Source: Camelus dromedarius (taxonomy: Eukaryota). From it: DNA of 64,000 bases. Each line of letters begins with the position of its first letter. Within the stretch, counting starts at the first letter, position 1. The stretch lies in the NCBI RefSeq assembly GCF_036321535.1, contig NC_087436.1, positions 99,884,001-99,948,000 of the forward strand. The letters run 5' to 3'. Shown piece after piece: positions 26,787 to 40,504 of this stretch. Both the position numbers and the translations under genes were made by a program. The notes beneath the pieces are model-generated. The model saw only the letters and a program-made list of their open reading frames with translations. It did no database searches and was not told the DNA's origin.

Positions 26787-27429
26787 AAAAAATTAAAATC
26801 TCTTAATTGAAATAAAAAGATAAAAAGTAATCTGGAAAAACATTCAAATCATATAAATCTCCTAAACTAACAAAGTAGCAGGAAAACAGTATTTCCCTAC
26901 AGTAAAAAGGTTGAAAAAACAAATAAAATAGGAAAAATAACATAAAAAAACCAGGTAACTCAAGAAAAGAAATATGTCTAAACTAAAAACATGCAAAATT
27001 GTTCATATCATTAATGGGCAAAAAATAAAAATAAATATAAATGAAAAATTAGCTATATTTATTGCCATGAATTGGTGAAGATTTAACATTTTAAAATTCT
27101 AATTTTTAAAGATATACATACTCATATGTTAGGCTTATATATTGCTTCTGGCTTATTCATTGGGGTAACATTTCCCAGTAACCAGACTGAGCTAAGATAT
27201 AATTTAGATTACACAAAACTATAGAATTGTAAAATAGAAAAGATTCTTTGTAACCATCAAATGCAACTCCACAGTTTTTCTAAATAAGAAATTTGAAACT
27301 CCAAATACATAATAACCTTTCCATAAACTGAAATTTGACTTTACAAAAGGAGATTAATTGAAAAAACAATGTTCTTTGCAACTGATGGACTTTGTAGATG
27401 AATGAAACCTACAAACACCAGTACCAACT

Positions 27430-27640
27430 GAGAGCTAGCAATTCTGTGCTCACCGAGCACCAATCACAATACGAAAATTGTACATGGATCAATACATTCT
27501 TCACAATTACTCTGAGTTAAATGCTATTTTTATCTTTTTTGTACAATTGAGGATAAAGAGACAGAAAAGTTATTTGCCTGTATTTTCACAAGTGGTAAAT
27601 GATTGATCCAGATTTTAATCTAGAGCTCCTGCTTATAAAG
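27430..27640 (-). mobile_element. MIR SINE, decayed
   Basis: TTCTTCACAATTACTCTGAG...TTTGTACAATTGAGGATAAAGAGACAGAAAAGTTA. Confidence 0.55.
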
Positions 27641-28699
27641 TAATATTGTTTCTATATAATTTTTTAGTAAGAAAATGTATAAGCAAATTAAGTTCATAAT
27701 ATGTTGATTAACATAGGTGCAACACATCTTCTTATAATCCATAATTGTGGGGTTTTTGATTTGAAAAACTTCTCATGCAATAATTGAAAAGATCTCAGAA
27801 TCTTTCTATGTAAAATCGTAACATTAAAATTTCCACCATGTCATTTCTGCTTTCGTCCCTTTTTTCTAAATCAAAGTTAAATAAGAGTGAACTTTAAGTT
27901 CTATCTTCTGATTAAACAAAGCCAAATGCCAACTCTAAAACAAAGGCACTGCCAAAAATGTTTTAAAGTCTTTTCATTCAGACATTTCAGAGCTCCCACT
28001 GAGATATAAAGAAAAGGGATCCCCTTAAAATCATTCTCTTTTACAGAACAACTTTTAGAGAAGAAATACTGATGGGTCAGAGAGATATCAGAATGTGCCT
28101 CTCAGAGTACATTAAAAAAAAAAAAGCAAAGCAAAACAAAATGAAACAAACAAACAAAAAAACCCACACAGCATCTTCTCTAAGTTCAGAATAAGTTCAG
28201 ATAAATGAATGCCTGTCATGGAAAGAGCTTCGCAGTGTCAAGCCTGGCTGTTTAGGGGACAGTTCATGGGATCAAGCTGTGCTGCACGTTGGGAGCCCTG
28301 CCAAATGAATGACATTTCCGGAGAACATAGGCAGAATTTTAAGGACTTGCCTTGTCCTTCCTAAACAGTTGGGTTAAAGGGTATTTAAAAAGAAAAAGGA
28401 CACAGTCAACCTGCTGGGGATACTAGAGAGAAAAGCCAACAAATCTTTAAACTTAACTGAGCTGAAAATAAGCCGTATGGAAAGAAGTAATAAATTCCCA
28501 GGTTCTATATGTGTTGACTTTTGGTCTTACTTTTTTCATTTGAAAGGAATCTAAATATCTTCTATTTTTTAGAAATGTATATTTTAGAAAAGCACATGAA
28601 TAAATATGGTATATGGCAAAAGGAGTTGACTGTACTTGGTCTTATTCTCACCAAAAATATTAGAAATGCAGTAGGGGCAAAAATGACTTTAATTCTAAA

Positions 28700-29920
28700 A
28701 ATAAAACAGTATCAGAAGGAACTTGGGTGATAACAATACATTAAAGCTGTGATATCTGAATTGAAAGCTGAAATTTTATGATGGTGAGGGCAGGAGAAAT
28801 TATCTCAAGCACAGTCAAGGCAGAGTCCCAGTTGGATTCCTTCCATGAAACTGAGTGCCTCTAAGGAATTGATTTGCTGAATGCCAGAAGGGTGGAATAA
28901 AAGAAAAGCATTATTAGAAGTCATAAAGGTTTATAATTATCTAGATTTGAAGAAAGATATAAGTCTTCATACAGAGGATGCATGCTGAATCTAAAGCATG
29001 ATATTTTTAAAAAACAAAATTCATATCATCAAAGACAGAGATAATCACATATTATCAAGGACACAGAGATAACAGTAACCGGAGATAATAAATGGATTAT
29101 GTACAAAGCATGCTAATTAGATTGTCAGCAGAATTTTCATGAAAAAATTTGAAGAAGATATTTGTTGAACTAGGATTCTATACCCAGATCAGTTAACATA
29201 CACTAATGAAGGAAATATAAAGACATCTTAAAGAGTGGGTAGCACCCATGAGTTGTCACAAAATGAATTAAAAAAGTGTCTAGGAGGAAAGGTTGAGATG
29301 CATGTAGCAAGTTTAGCAAAAATAAATGTGGTAAATTTTTGGTAAATATAATTAATTATTGGTTAAATAAAAATTTCAATTTAAAGTTGAAAACAAAATG
29401 AACTTCAAATTCTAGGTAGCATAGCTGGAAGGAAGGAAGTTGTCTTGAAGCATTTTAAAATTTCTGTGAACTTTTTCAAAGGGAAGTAAGAAATATTGTC
29501 TATATTAGGCCTTTGTGAAATCAAGTGCATGTGTTAAAGAGGTTGTTAAACAAATACCATAGAAATATGCATTTTTTAAAAAAGTGGGTAACAAATAATT
29601 GATTAATAAAAATCAAGGAAGACAAGGAATAAAAAATAGAAATGTGCAATAAAAAATTAAAAATAGAATGCTGGAAATGTGATACCAAAATAAATAAATA
29701 AAAATCTAAACCAGCCAAAACAAAACCAAATAGCTACGATGATTTCAAGAAAGGAGAAGAAAGTACACAATTAAGGATTGAATTCTCAAATTTTTTTTTT
29801 CAAAAAATGTGCAAAAAACACAGTAAAAGGTTTTTCAAATTAGGTGGTAGTTTAATCTTTGAACTAGGTGATATTAAAACTTTTGTACTTTCCTCTATTA
29901 AATAAATATTTCATAAATTA
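28700..29920 (+). mobile_element. Very old L1ME/HAL1-like fragments
   Basis: A-rich sense strand with GAACTAGGATTCTATACCCAG...AATGAAGGAAATATAAAGACAT, an ORF1-like motif. Confidence 0.45.
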
Positions 29921-32900
29921 AAATCAAAATATTTTGAGATTGTCACTTTTTAATTATTTCACTCCTTTATAATTACATGACTATACATTAGGAAAAGTAA
30001 AAAAATAAACATCAAAAATCTCTCATTTCAAATTATACTTATTTTTCAACTGTCGTTGCTTACCAACATTTAAGTTCAGTAATTTTTATTTAATAAGATA
30101 TGTATATGAAGTACTTCATTTGAAAAGACACCTGGTGATTATATTTGGGAAAGCCAATTTAAAGGTTTCAAAAGCATCATATTGTTAACAATAGTTTATA
30201 TTTTCTTCCCTTTTACAGAATTTTGAAGAGAAAGCAGTATGTTGCCGAGTTATGAATTAAAGACCTATTCCATGTACATAAATTAAAAGAAAACATACTT
30301 CTGGAGGATTAGTATTAAAATATTGGATATTTCACTGAAAGTATTAAAGGGAAAAGAGTCATTACCTAAATTTTTCAGAAGCCAACTCCTAAATCTGTGT
30401 GTATTTTTGAACCACATATTCTCAAGTTCATATCTATGTATTTCTCAGTCTTTGAGCACTACTGTTGATTAATAATCAACTAGTACTTTTCAAAATATTT
30501 TGGAATTCAGCTTTCTGATACAGATGTTTTCCTGGCTCGGGATCTTGGTTACCAGGATCTTGGCTCAGAATCTTGGTTGCTCAGGGTCTTGGTTAGAGCT
30601 CTGTATCCAAACTTCCACTCTTCAGAACCCCATTTGCCAACGATTCACTCAACTAGCTTCTGTTTCGGTCAGTCCTTCCTCCAACTCTCAGGGTGTGAAT
30701 TACACACATCCAAATACATGATACGGTCTCTTTACTGTGAGATGAAATGCTAACTATGATGATGCAGTGGTGTTCAGGACATTTGGGAATTCTCATTGGG
30801 AATTGTCCACAGAACTCTGGTATAGTCTCTTGATTATATGCAGTGATGGCAAAGCTTTCAAAATTTATTCTTCAAATACCTTGAGCATGTTATAATCCAG
30901 GTCTTCCTTTGAGAATACGTGTGGTTTTAGGAAACAAACAAGCAAAATATATTCTGACCTGTAATTGATAAAATAATAAACACACTACTTTCCTTAATGG
31001 GGATGGGATTGTGTGGAACTTTAGGAAGCAGAGCTTAAATTTGGGGGTAATCATTGTATTGTTATGCATACAAGTTTAAGACCACCAAAATTTTGATTGA
31101 TGGTGTAATTATGTGATTGATATCATGATTAAGTAGTTTGAGAAACTGAACAAAAATAGGCTTAATGTAAAATTAATTCTTTCAGTAACCTACTATTTAT
31201 TGGGAGCTTACTATTTGCCAAGTACTTGCTTTTTTTTTTAAACAGATTATGAATTTACTGTTAATTTTAATTGGCTCGTCTTTCAAAGAAACAAAGACTA
31301 AAATCTTTCGAGCATTTAGAAAATATGAAATACAAAAGTTTCCATTAACAAACATAGAAAAAGTTTCATAAAGTAGTTACATTTGCAAATACATGCAGAA
31401 ATGAAATGACTTCTTAAATCCTTGAAGTAATTTTTACTACCAAGCCTTTGAATTTAGAATAAACTTTTAATGGACATCCAACTCAACATAATAGTTCTCA
31501 TTTTGGAAATCATTTGTCAATTATTTTGTCATTCCTGTGGTGCACTGTGTTTATGTCAACTAAATCATATTAAAGAATTATGTATATGAGCAATCATGTT
31601 GTCATTCATAAGTTGTTACTCTGAAACTACATTATTGAAGCATTAAATATTACTAGGTTTTGCAATTTAAGCAAAGGCCAATCTAGGAATATATCCACTG
31701 ATTGTTACAGACACATCTTGCCTTAGGATCAGAACGAAGCAAGAGACAAGGGCTTCAACTTCAAATATGGATGTGTACTGCTCACATCTTGAGGTACCTT
31801 CCACATCATATTCCAGACATAGAGCATGCTGGGTTGGAAGGATGGAGGGATAATCTCCAAATTGATTATACCATTCAGAAAAAATAATGTACATATACAA
31901 ACCCACAAAATCCTTATGTCTCCTTAAGGACTGTCTTAATCACCAACTCTTTGTTTCTTTTGTGGGTCTGTGTGCTCCTCACAGTTCTCTTCTTTGACAG
32001 TCATGTAATCTAACTTTTCATGGAGTTTGAATTCCCATTCCTTCTGGCAAAAACATTTTAAACGCATTATGTAGTTTGAAGCTTGAAACTGATGGTGATA
32101 AATATAAATAATAACTTTTCTAAAATAGTTTGAATTCTGATGCCCACACCTTATCACCACTGCCCTCTCCCACTCCTCCACTTCTCGTTTTGGGTTAGGA
32201 ATCAGGCAGCTGGCTTCTTTATCTCACAACTTTGCCTGTCAAGCAATGAGAATAGCAATTTCCTGTGCTTTAGACTTTCTTCTGGGGACAGAATCAGTAA
32301 TAGTGGTGGAGATGAAAGTATTTGGAGGAAAGTTGATGAGACTGGTGTTAGCAGGTGAGAAGAACAGGAGCCTTGAATTGATACATGTGGGGCAATGGAG
32401 GCATGTTTGATGTTTAAATAGTTGTAGAGAAAGAAAAACTAATTAGGTCAGGTTCTCATCTAGGTTGAATAACTGGGCGATCAGTAAAATCTTACAATAA
32501 ACTTACTATTGCTGCTCTAGCCACAGCAACTTGTTTCCTAGAACTTTACATTTTTTCACATTACTCCCTTTGATTCCAAATGGGAAGGAAATGATCCTTA
32601 ACATGTTTCACAAATAATTCTTGCTTTTACTATCCCAGATTACTGATGTAGCACCCAGTGACACCTAACATATTTAAGTGTCTGGGAAAAGTGACTTTGT
32701 CTTAAATGTAATGTTGTAGTTGATTCTCCAATACCATAGCTTTAATGCATCACTTGAAGACTCTTAAGCTAAATCTTACTTGAGGTACACAGAATACATT
32801 TACAAATAACTTACCCTCTACTCCTCTTAGGGAGGTAGACTTCCAGTCCCATCTAGCAGCCCCAGAAACATTCTCAAGGCAGGATTCCAACTTGTGGCTG

Positions 32901-33314
32901 TTACTGTTAATCAGCTGCGTGATTTCACCAAGCAAGTATAGAATTATCAATTCCAGACATCTCTATCTCGTGCATGTCACTATCCTGTTTAAACAGAATT
33001 TTCAGCAGAAGACAGAAACAAATGTTTTTGACAATAGTGGCTAATGTTGCATATACAATCAGAGGAAAAAAAAATCTAGTTCCTATCTATACCACTCCTG
33101 TGCCAAAAACTACACCCATGAACTATTATGAGGTAAAGAAAAGTCCATTAGTATATATGAGTGCGTAAGTTTATGTACATATACGTCTGTGCATGTATGA
33201 GCATGCATATGTGCAAACGTGCATATCTTCATATAAAAATATAACACACACAAAAAGGAGTAGCATCAGAGAAAGAAGTGATAAAATACATGAGCTATTT
33301 CATTTGTTCATTTA

Positions 33315-33322
33315 TATATGTG

Positions 33323-33363
<41 letters not shown>

Positions 33364-33380
33364 ATGTACCTATATGTATG
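33315..33380. repeat. (TA)n/(TG)n compound microsatellite
   Basis: Directly visible. Confidence 0.95.
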
Positions 33381-34789
33381 TCGAAGGAGGTACTTTAGTA
33401 AACATACCAAGGCAGTAGGCATAAACCAGTACTGTTCCTGGCAAAACATGATGTATGGTGTATACACACACATATCACAGTTTGCACATACTAATGTAGA
33501 TTTGCAGGAAGCCTTTCTATTTTCAGCTGGTTCTTTTGAGATCAACAATATGTATATGGTGGGTTGGCATCTAGTCATTCCACAGAAAGCCCATAAAAGT
33601 GTAACTCATAACTTGTCAGCACTGAGCTCATGCTGTTATAAACTTGGTAGTTACACTGCCTAATTCAATATTCTTCAAGTAGTAATAGCTCAATAAAGCC
33701 AGAGATTTGGAAGTATGAGTATTTATAGATTATGTAAATGGGTAATAACACATAGTTGTTTGGGATTCTATTAAGTATGGTTTGATGTATGCATCAAATA
33801 AACTTCTGCCTGTACAAAATAAATCAATTGGCCAGTAAACTAAAAACACATTTATTAAATAGAATCAACTTTTTTAATGCAGTTTTTTTCTTTTAAGCCA
33901 CTTTGCTTTTTCATAATGTTAGTTTATCAAGGACTAAATTGACATTAAATACTTTGCAAGTGCAAAAGGGTAAGAGGATCTGTTGAACCTGTCTTTCTAG
34001 GAAGGACTAAGTGGAAAAGATTGGACTCGAACAGCTGGTCCTAAAAGATAAAGATCATTGGGGTCAATAAGAAGAAGGAGAGAGGGCGTTTGTGATCAAT
34101 ATTACCAGTTGTTAAAAATGTTTTCAGTTGTATTATTTATCTTCTTTTAATAAGTGATAGAAGACAATGAGGTGCAAAGGCAAAATAATTCTATAAATGT
34201 AGAGATCACTTTACCTATAGATTTAGGCTGTGATCAGCTTCACTGCTGGGTCACAAATACGTTTTCAGCTGAAAATCATTTTCATATGCATATGTGTATG
34301 ACCAATTCTATTGCTGAATCTAAGAATAAAGATTTTTCACCTGTATTTTATACACATATACACATGCATATATATACACACATACAGAGATGTTTGTGTA
34401 CAGATGTATGTGGATGTCTATATTACACATAAGTGTATAGGTATAGTATACGTATGTGTGCAGATATCTGTAGAAGGGATAATCAGGCCAATGGAAAGTA
34501 CTGTTGCTCTCATCATACTCTTACTTTGAAGTACTTAGGAAATAATTTGACAAGTAGAATTTGCATTCATGCATTTAAATAAAGAGTAACTCAAATCCAA
34601 TGTCTGTTCCAGTCCAATAAAGAGCTCTTATTCAAAATTAATTATTCTTTTATTATATTTGTTTGCCCTCTAAAATGCCCTCAACTATTGTGTCTGAGAT
34701 TATAATTAGAATAGGCCTTCAGTTATTTCTAGGTAGCTGGATGGTGGATAAAGGGTTGGGTTAATAGATGATTGATGGATGCATACAAG

Positions 34790-34980
34790 AATCACTCTTT
34801 CTTGACCACCACATGAAGCATTTATCAGCGTACTCTGACTTGTGTGAGCACCCATACTCTTTGTGGATGATCCTCCCTTGAGGTCTCTGCGACTAATTGT
34901 CTTCTTCATCTCGAGGTATCCTCCTGGCCTGGCTCAGTGGTACGCATGGAGTAGGAGGGCAATCACTTATCTATTCAATC
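34790..34980 (+). mobile_element. LINE-2 3' end
   Basis: CTCCCTTGAGG...TGTCTTCTTCATCT...CCTGGCTCAGTGGTACGCATGGAGTAGG. Confidence 0.55.
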
Positions 34981-36879
34981 GGTGCAACTTCCAAATTTGA
35001 AAGGTTGTGGCCCGGTAATATGCATCAATTTGATAGGGTGTCTAAGTCAACTCTATAAAATTAGTGCGTTTTCAGTCTTCACTTTTTTTCAAGTTTATTT
35101 GATCTTTATTTTGCAAACGATCCCGATTTGCTTCAGTCTTCCTTCTTCCTCTTTCTGGGACGTGTACATCTGCTTCTGACATCTGTCTTCTATCTCCCTT
35201 TGTAAATTATGAAGTGGTGCCAACTCCTTTTATCAACAAATTACCCTTAGAAGCATTTAGAGGCTATAATGATTCTTTGATTTTCTTTGATTTTTTATGA
35301 ATTTGCAAAATGACTCGATGCTTATATTAGCTTTGTTTGTCCTTTCTTTTTCCATATTTAATACTTATAGTTGGCAGGCCCAGATGGTGTACTTTGTTAT
35401 GTCCTGAAATGTTGCTATTTTTTTCATTCCTTAATTACAGTAATGTCAGTTTGTAATATCCCCAGCCTCCATCTCTAGTTGACATTGTAGAGTTCACATT
35501 TGTATTATTTATTGAACTGACTGTATGTTTGACATTGTGAAATATACAGTAATCTCTTCCTAACCTTGATGTTTTTTCATGTTTGTCTACATTGATCATA
35601 TGCCTTTGTTGTTAAATGATACCCTCAATTTATTGTATTTTTTTAAGTTTTGCAGATATTTTGGATATTGATACATCCTCATAGATAAGACAATGAGGAA
35701 TGAGAAAAAGAAAACAATTTGAAATTTATGGTAGCAGCAGGCCCTGTAGAAAAATATACAAACCATGTTTTTTCCATTTTTTGTGTGTTTCTGGAAGTGC
35801 CCTTCTTATAATTTGATAGAGAAGTGCATGTCTTTGTTTTTCATTTTATAAAATATGTATCTTTTAAAAATGCTTTTCATAAAACCACATATGAATGGTC
35901 TTAATTCATTCAATTAAAAGTACCATTGATTTCCTCTCTTAAACTTTAGTTTTCTTTATTAGATTTTGATCCAGATCACCTTTATGCTCAGATAATTCAT
36001 GACAGGTTCTCACAACACATTTTCCTCAGAAGCTTCAATAAAATGTATGAGAACTCTCTTAAGGTCTTGCTTTTGAGTGACATACTAGACTTTCAGAATA
36101 ATTTTTCATTCTCCAACTCTGATTAAATTTTGTAAATGCTAATTTAGCTATTATAGTGTAAAGTATTTTCATTTAAGTAGATTTTTTTTATCACATTGAG
36201 CATTCTCTCAAAAGTTCCCCAAGAGACATATCTAGAAATAGAAACCTCCTATTCATGTAACATTCCTGCTCTGAGCAATGAAATCAGTACTTTGCTCTCG
36301 GATTCAGCATCAAACAGGATTACATAGATTTCTCAACTGCTACACTTGGCAGCGTCAGCCACCTTCCAAGAAGGCATCTGTAGCATCACTGGGACGACTC
36401 GTCTCATAGCTCAGCGAAAGCCTAACACACGTCATGGGTGTTGTGCGACCTTTTGTCTTTCGTGTCTATTTTGTGGTTGTTTTTCTAATTTCAACTTAGA
36501 ACAACAGATATACAATATTCTAAAGTATTACATTAGAGGATGGCAGAAATGATGAGTTATTTCCAAATTGGCATGTACCTTTATTATTTAACTCGGAATA
36601 TGTGAAGACAAAAATACATTTTTATTAACAGGCTTTAAACAAGCAACACACATTATTGAACACTTATCCTATGCTGGCAAAAATTGGCAAACAGCTACCA
36701 TATGGCCATATTCAGTCTATGTACGTGCATGCACTGTTGCCTAGACTGTATTTACAGACACACATATCCACACATTTAAGATATTTCATGTGAAAGAAAG
36801 GACTTGGGATGAATCATAGAGGTTGCTCTAACAAAACCAGAAGAAGTTTCTCTTTGTTTTCATGATAACAACCTGCTAC

Positions 36880-36936
36880 CTGTAAGCAGTTCTGATTTGC
36901 TCGTGTTCCCGCTGCTTCCCTGTATCCTGTCAAATT
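36880..36936 (-). other. Candidate 57-nt cassette exon of an unidentified transcript
   Basis: Minus strand reads ttttattttcccacag|AATTTGAC...CTTACAG|gtagca. Length is 19 codons and two frames are open. Peptide not recognised. Confidence 0.35.
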
Positions 36937-39900
36937 CTGTGGGAAAATAAAACTTTTACCCTTGATATTGTCACTTAATTTATTACCATATAATATTTGG
37001 TAAAGAAACAATTTAAAGCTGCTAATAAAATATGCCCATAGAGATGCTCATTTTCAGGTATTTTCTTTTCATTTCATGCCCCCTTTTCCAGGGTGCACAG
37101 GTCTTCTTGTTTTGGGCCCCACTGGCTTTAGTTCCAGTAAAACCATCAGGCAGCGTGGACAGGGTCTCCTCATGTCTGAGAACCAGACCATCTGTTAATC
37201 CTGTTCGTGCTTCACTACCATTCTACCTCACAGACAGAAATTTTCCTTTCATAGTCAAATGATAGATTTCACAACCATGTTCTCATTTATTTTAAACTGC
37301 TTTACTCTATGCATTAGGATTGACCTGCCTCTCTTGTATAGGATGAAGTAAGTATTCCAGAAGTGGTTTTGAAACATTTGCTTATTTGTTTGGTTGGCTG
37401 TTTTCCCCAGATATCTGCATTAATTTAGAATAGATGGTCTTCTTTTACTTTTAACTTCGTCAATAATATTTAATAGAGTGATAGTGTGAGTTTTTAGCAA
37501 ACCTATTCAATCCATAAGTCGTTTATCAGGCCTGGGAAAACATATTAATTCTGTAGCTCTTCCTGTAAAACAGAAACATTGACCCTATTTTCATTGAATT
37601 AATTTCATTAAAATAAACTCTACTTGCCTGAAGTCAGGAAAATTTTTACTTGAATCTCAGTACTTTTCATTTTCACTAGCTCTGAGTTTTCAATAGACTA
37701 CAGAAATTAAATATAATATATAAAGAAATTAAGCTCCCAGATCAACACTTTTGTTCAGATTTCATAAGAACTTCCATTTCAATATGATATTTGATCAGTT
37801 TAACAGGGTTAAATTAAATGTTACTATTTCTAAAATATTTTTATTTCTTTATAGTAAGACGTATCCTTTATATACTATAATTCTGTAAACTAATACTTTT
37901 AGAGGAAGGCTGACTACACTGAAAAGTGTTTAATATAAATTTTTAAAGAAAAGAGTTATAGAATAGTTTCTATTTTAATATGTAGAAAATTCAGCCTACA
38001 GTAAATTTTCCAACACTGTCATTTCTATATTTTTATAGAAAGCTAATCAAATACCTAACATTAAGTATATAAATACATCACAGCAAATGCTTCTATTATA
38101 TTAAAATGTTACAATTTTCTCCCTTCCTTTTGATGTATAGAATATTTTTCTACATTTGCTTATTATTTGCTAACTTTTAAATCAAAATATATTTCCTGGA
38201 TGTTCAGGTAGGAGCATTTACTGCAATATTACTTAAATATGTACATATAAAAGAAGAAATAAACTTTTAATGCTTATACCATTTATTCAACAACCAAACG
38301 AATGCAGTTTTCAAATTAAAAATGAACAGCACTGTAAAACCAATGAAATATAGTTTGAACCTATTTTATTAATGTACTGTTTTGCTGAAATGAATTACTA
38401 CTCAAAATATGAATACAGTAGTGACCACTTTGACTTAGGTTCGTTTAGCCTGGTCATTCTTATGTTGCTGTGTGTAAGGTGCTGGCTTAGTTATTGCTAA
38501 ATTTTTTTGTTGTTGTTCAGACTATGAAAAAAGCTGAATTTCTCCAAGGTGCGAAGACAATATTTGGCCTTCACTTGGCAGGAATCCCTTTGTGCAGTAT
38601 AAAGTTAATAATTTTTTCTCATTACCTCATGATAATGTAAGTAGTACTTCTTGGCTAGATACTAGAAACAAAAGAAAAAAACTTAAAAACTGATTAGAAA
38701 CACAGACACACACACGCAAAGAAATGAAAACCTATTGCATATTTGATGGTAGTCAGCCAGGTGTTCAAAGATACATATAGTGATATGTGGAGAAGCATAT
38801 ATACTTCACTTATTAAAATTTTAGAAAATTAAAAATAAATATTCAAGAATTCCTGGATTCTGGGGCAATTCTGCGGACTTCCACGTGCCCATGAACCTAG
38901 AGAAACATGCATGATGATCTTGCTACTTCTAATATTTGTTAACCACGATGAATCTGAATCTACTTAATAATTTTGAGCAAGACAGAAAAAGTCATATTGG
39001 AAACTCATGATTATTGAATGAAATTGTGATAATATACTATACTGTAAATTTATACGTCACAAAAATGTTCCTTATGGTGTTTGAAAGTTGAGAGGATATG
39101 TACAATTCTGAGTCTGAAAACTAGCATTGACTAGATAATCAACTTTTGAAATAAATTACCATAATGGAAATGTTTAAAGATATAGCATTGAGACAAAAAG
39201 ATGCAGTAAACTCTGTCTGTGGATGGCTAGGTGTTATGAGCATCTCTGCTTTATATTCATTGGATTTACTTTCGTGTCTCTGTCATCCTTAGTTTGTTGA
39301 CTACATATCCTGAATTTTCTGGCACAGTCCCAATTTCAAAAAAATATGTTCTCAAACAACACGCCCCAGGTGTATTTCTCACTGTGAGATGTTTCCAGTA
39401 TCTTCTGTCACAACATCTTTTAGCAAAAAATTAATTTGTCTTCCAAAAATCATTTTAATTTGTATTCATTAAAAAAATAAAACTATGGCAAATGATCTCT
39501 CTAAATCCCTAGGAAAAATCCAAGTCAATAGTTACAAAATTATTTTGACCCTAATACAGAACCTTCTCAAAGGTTCAAGCAATTCACCAAAGCCCTGAAT
39601 TGTATTCAGAGAACAGAAACGCAAGATGTAAACGACTGAAAAATAGAAAGCATGTCTGCCAAAAATGTCATTAAATAAATGAATGATCCCCTAAATCTTC
39701 CAGTACGCATAGTTATTTTATTTTAAATACTAACACTATTAACAATAGTTCCTAAATGTAAAACTTGAATCAATTAAACTAACAATGACTACAAGTAAGT
39801 TATGTGTAGCTGTATTGATAGGTTTTATGTAATTAATTGTTTATTTGTAAATATGTAAATTTATAAACATAAACATATATACGTATATGTATACACACAC

Positions 39901-40504
39901 TGGTAGTTCATTTTGTTATGAGATTAATTATATTAAATGAGCAAATAAATATCTCTATATTTTAAATTAAAATTTTATATCATTGATCCATTTTTAACAA
40001 ATATATCCATAAAAATGACTAATAATAATGAATAAGACTTTTCTTTAAAGCAAATATGTAAAAGGATATAGTGAATTAAGTTTTAAGTTATCCTTTCAAG
40101 AAAAATATTTCTCTTATAATTTACATTATTTCCTGACTCCATAAAGGAAGATGAAGATTTCATTTCTGGTGACTGGCACTAAAAATGATACTCAAAATAT
40201 TAGTCAACTCTCAGGACTTTGGGCACTGGAAAATCAAGGCTACCTCTATAAACAAAAATGTGGGCTAACCAGAGGGTACAAGTTAATATGAACCCTGCCT
40301 AACACCTGATATATAGCAAATGACACATATATTGCCGAGTGAAATAAATGAGCCATGAAAACAGGAAATTGAAAGGCTATGCTAAGTAGGTCTTAAGTTT
40401 GGAAGAGAGAATAAAATTCATTATCTGTTTATGTCCCATGGCCATTGCTGGCCAAGAATTGACTAGACCATTACAAAGGATGAAAAACTATAGCAAAGTC
40501 CACA

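Noticed and set aside
33193..33663. 156-aa ORF, and similar ORFs at 10561, 34154, 60148 and 60490
   Set aside because: They run through (TG)n/(TA)n repeats (VCVC, YIYI, HTHT) and are low-complexity artefacts.
37032..37262. Frames open on both strands beside a strong plus-strand acceptor (~37091)
   Set aside because: No good donor and no recognisable peptide. Openness is explained by higher local GC.
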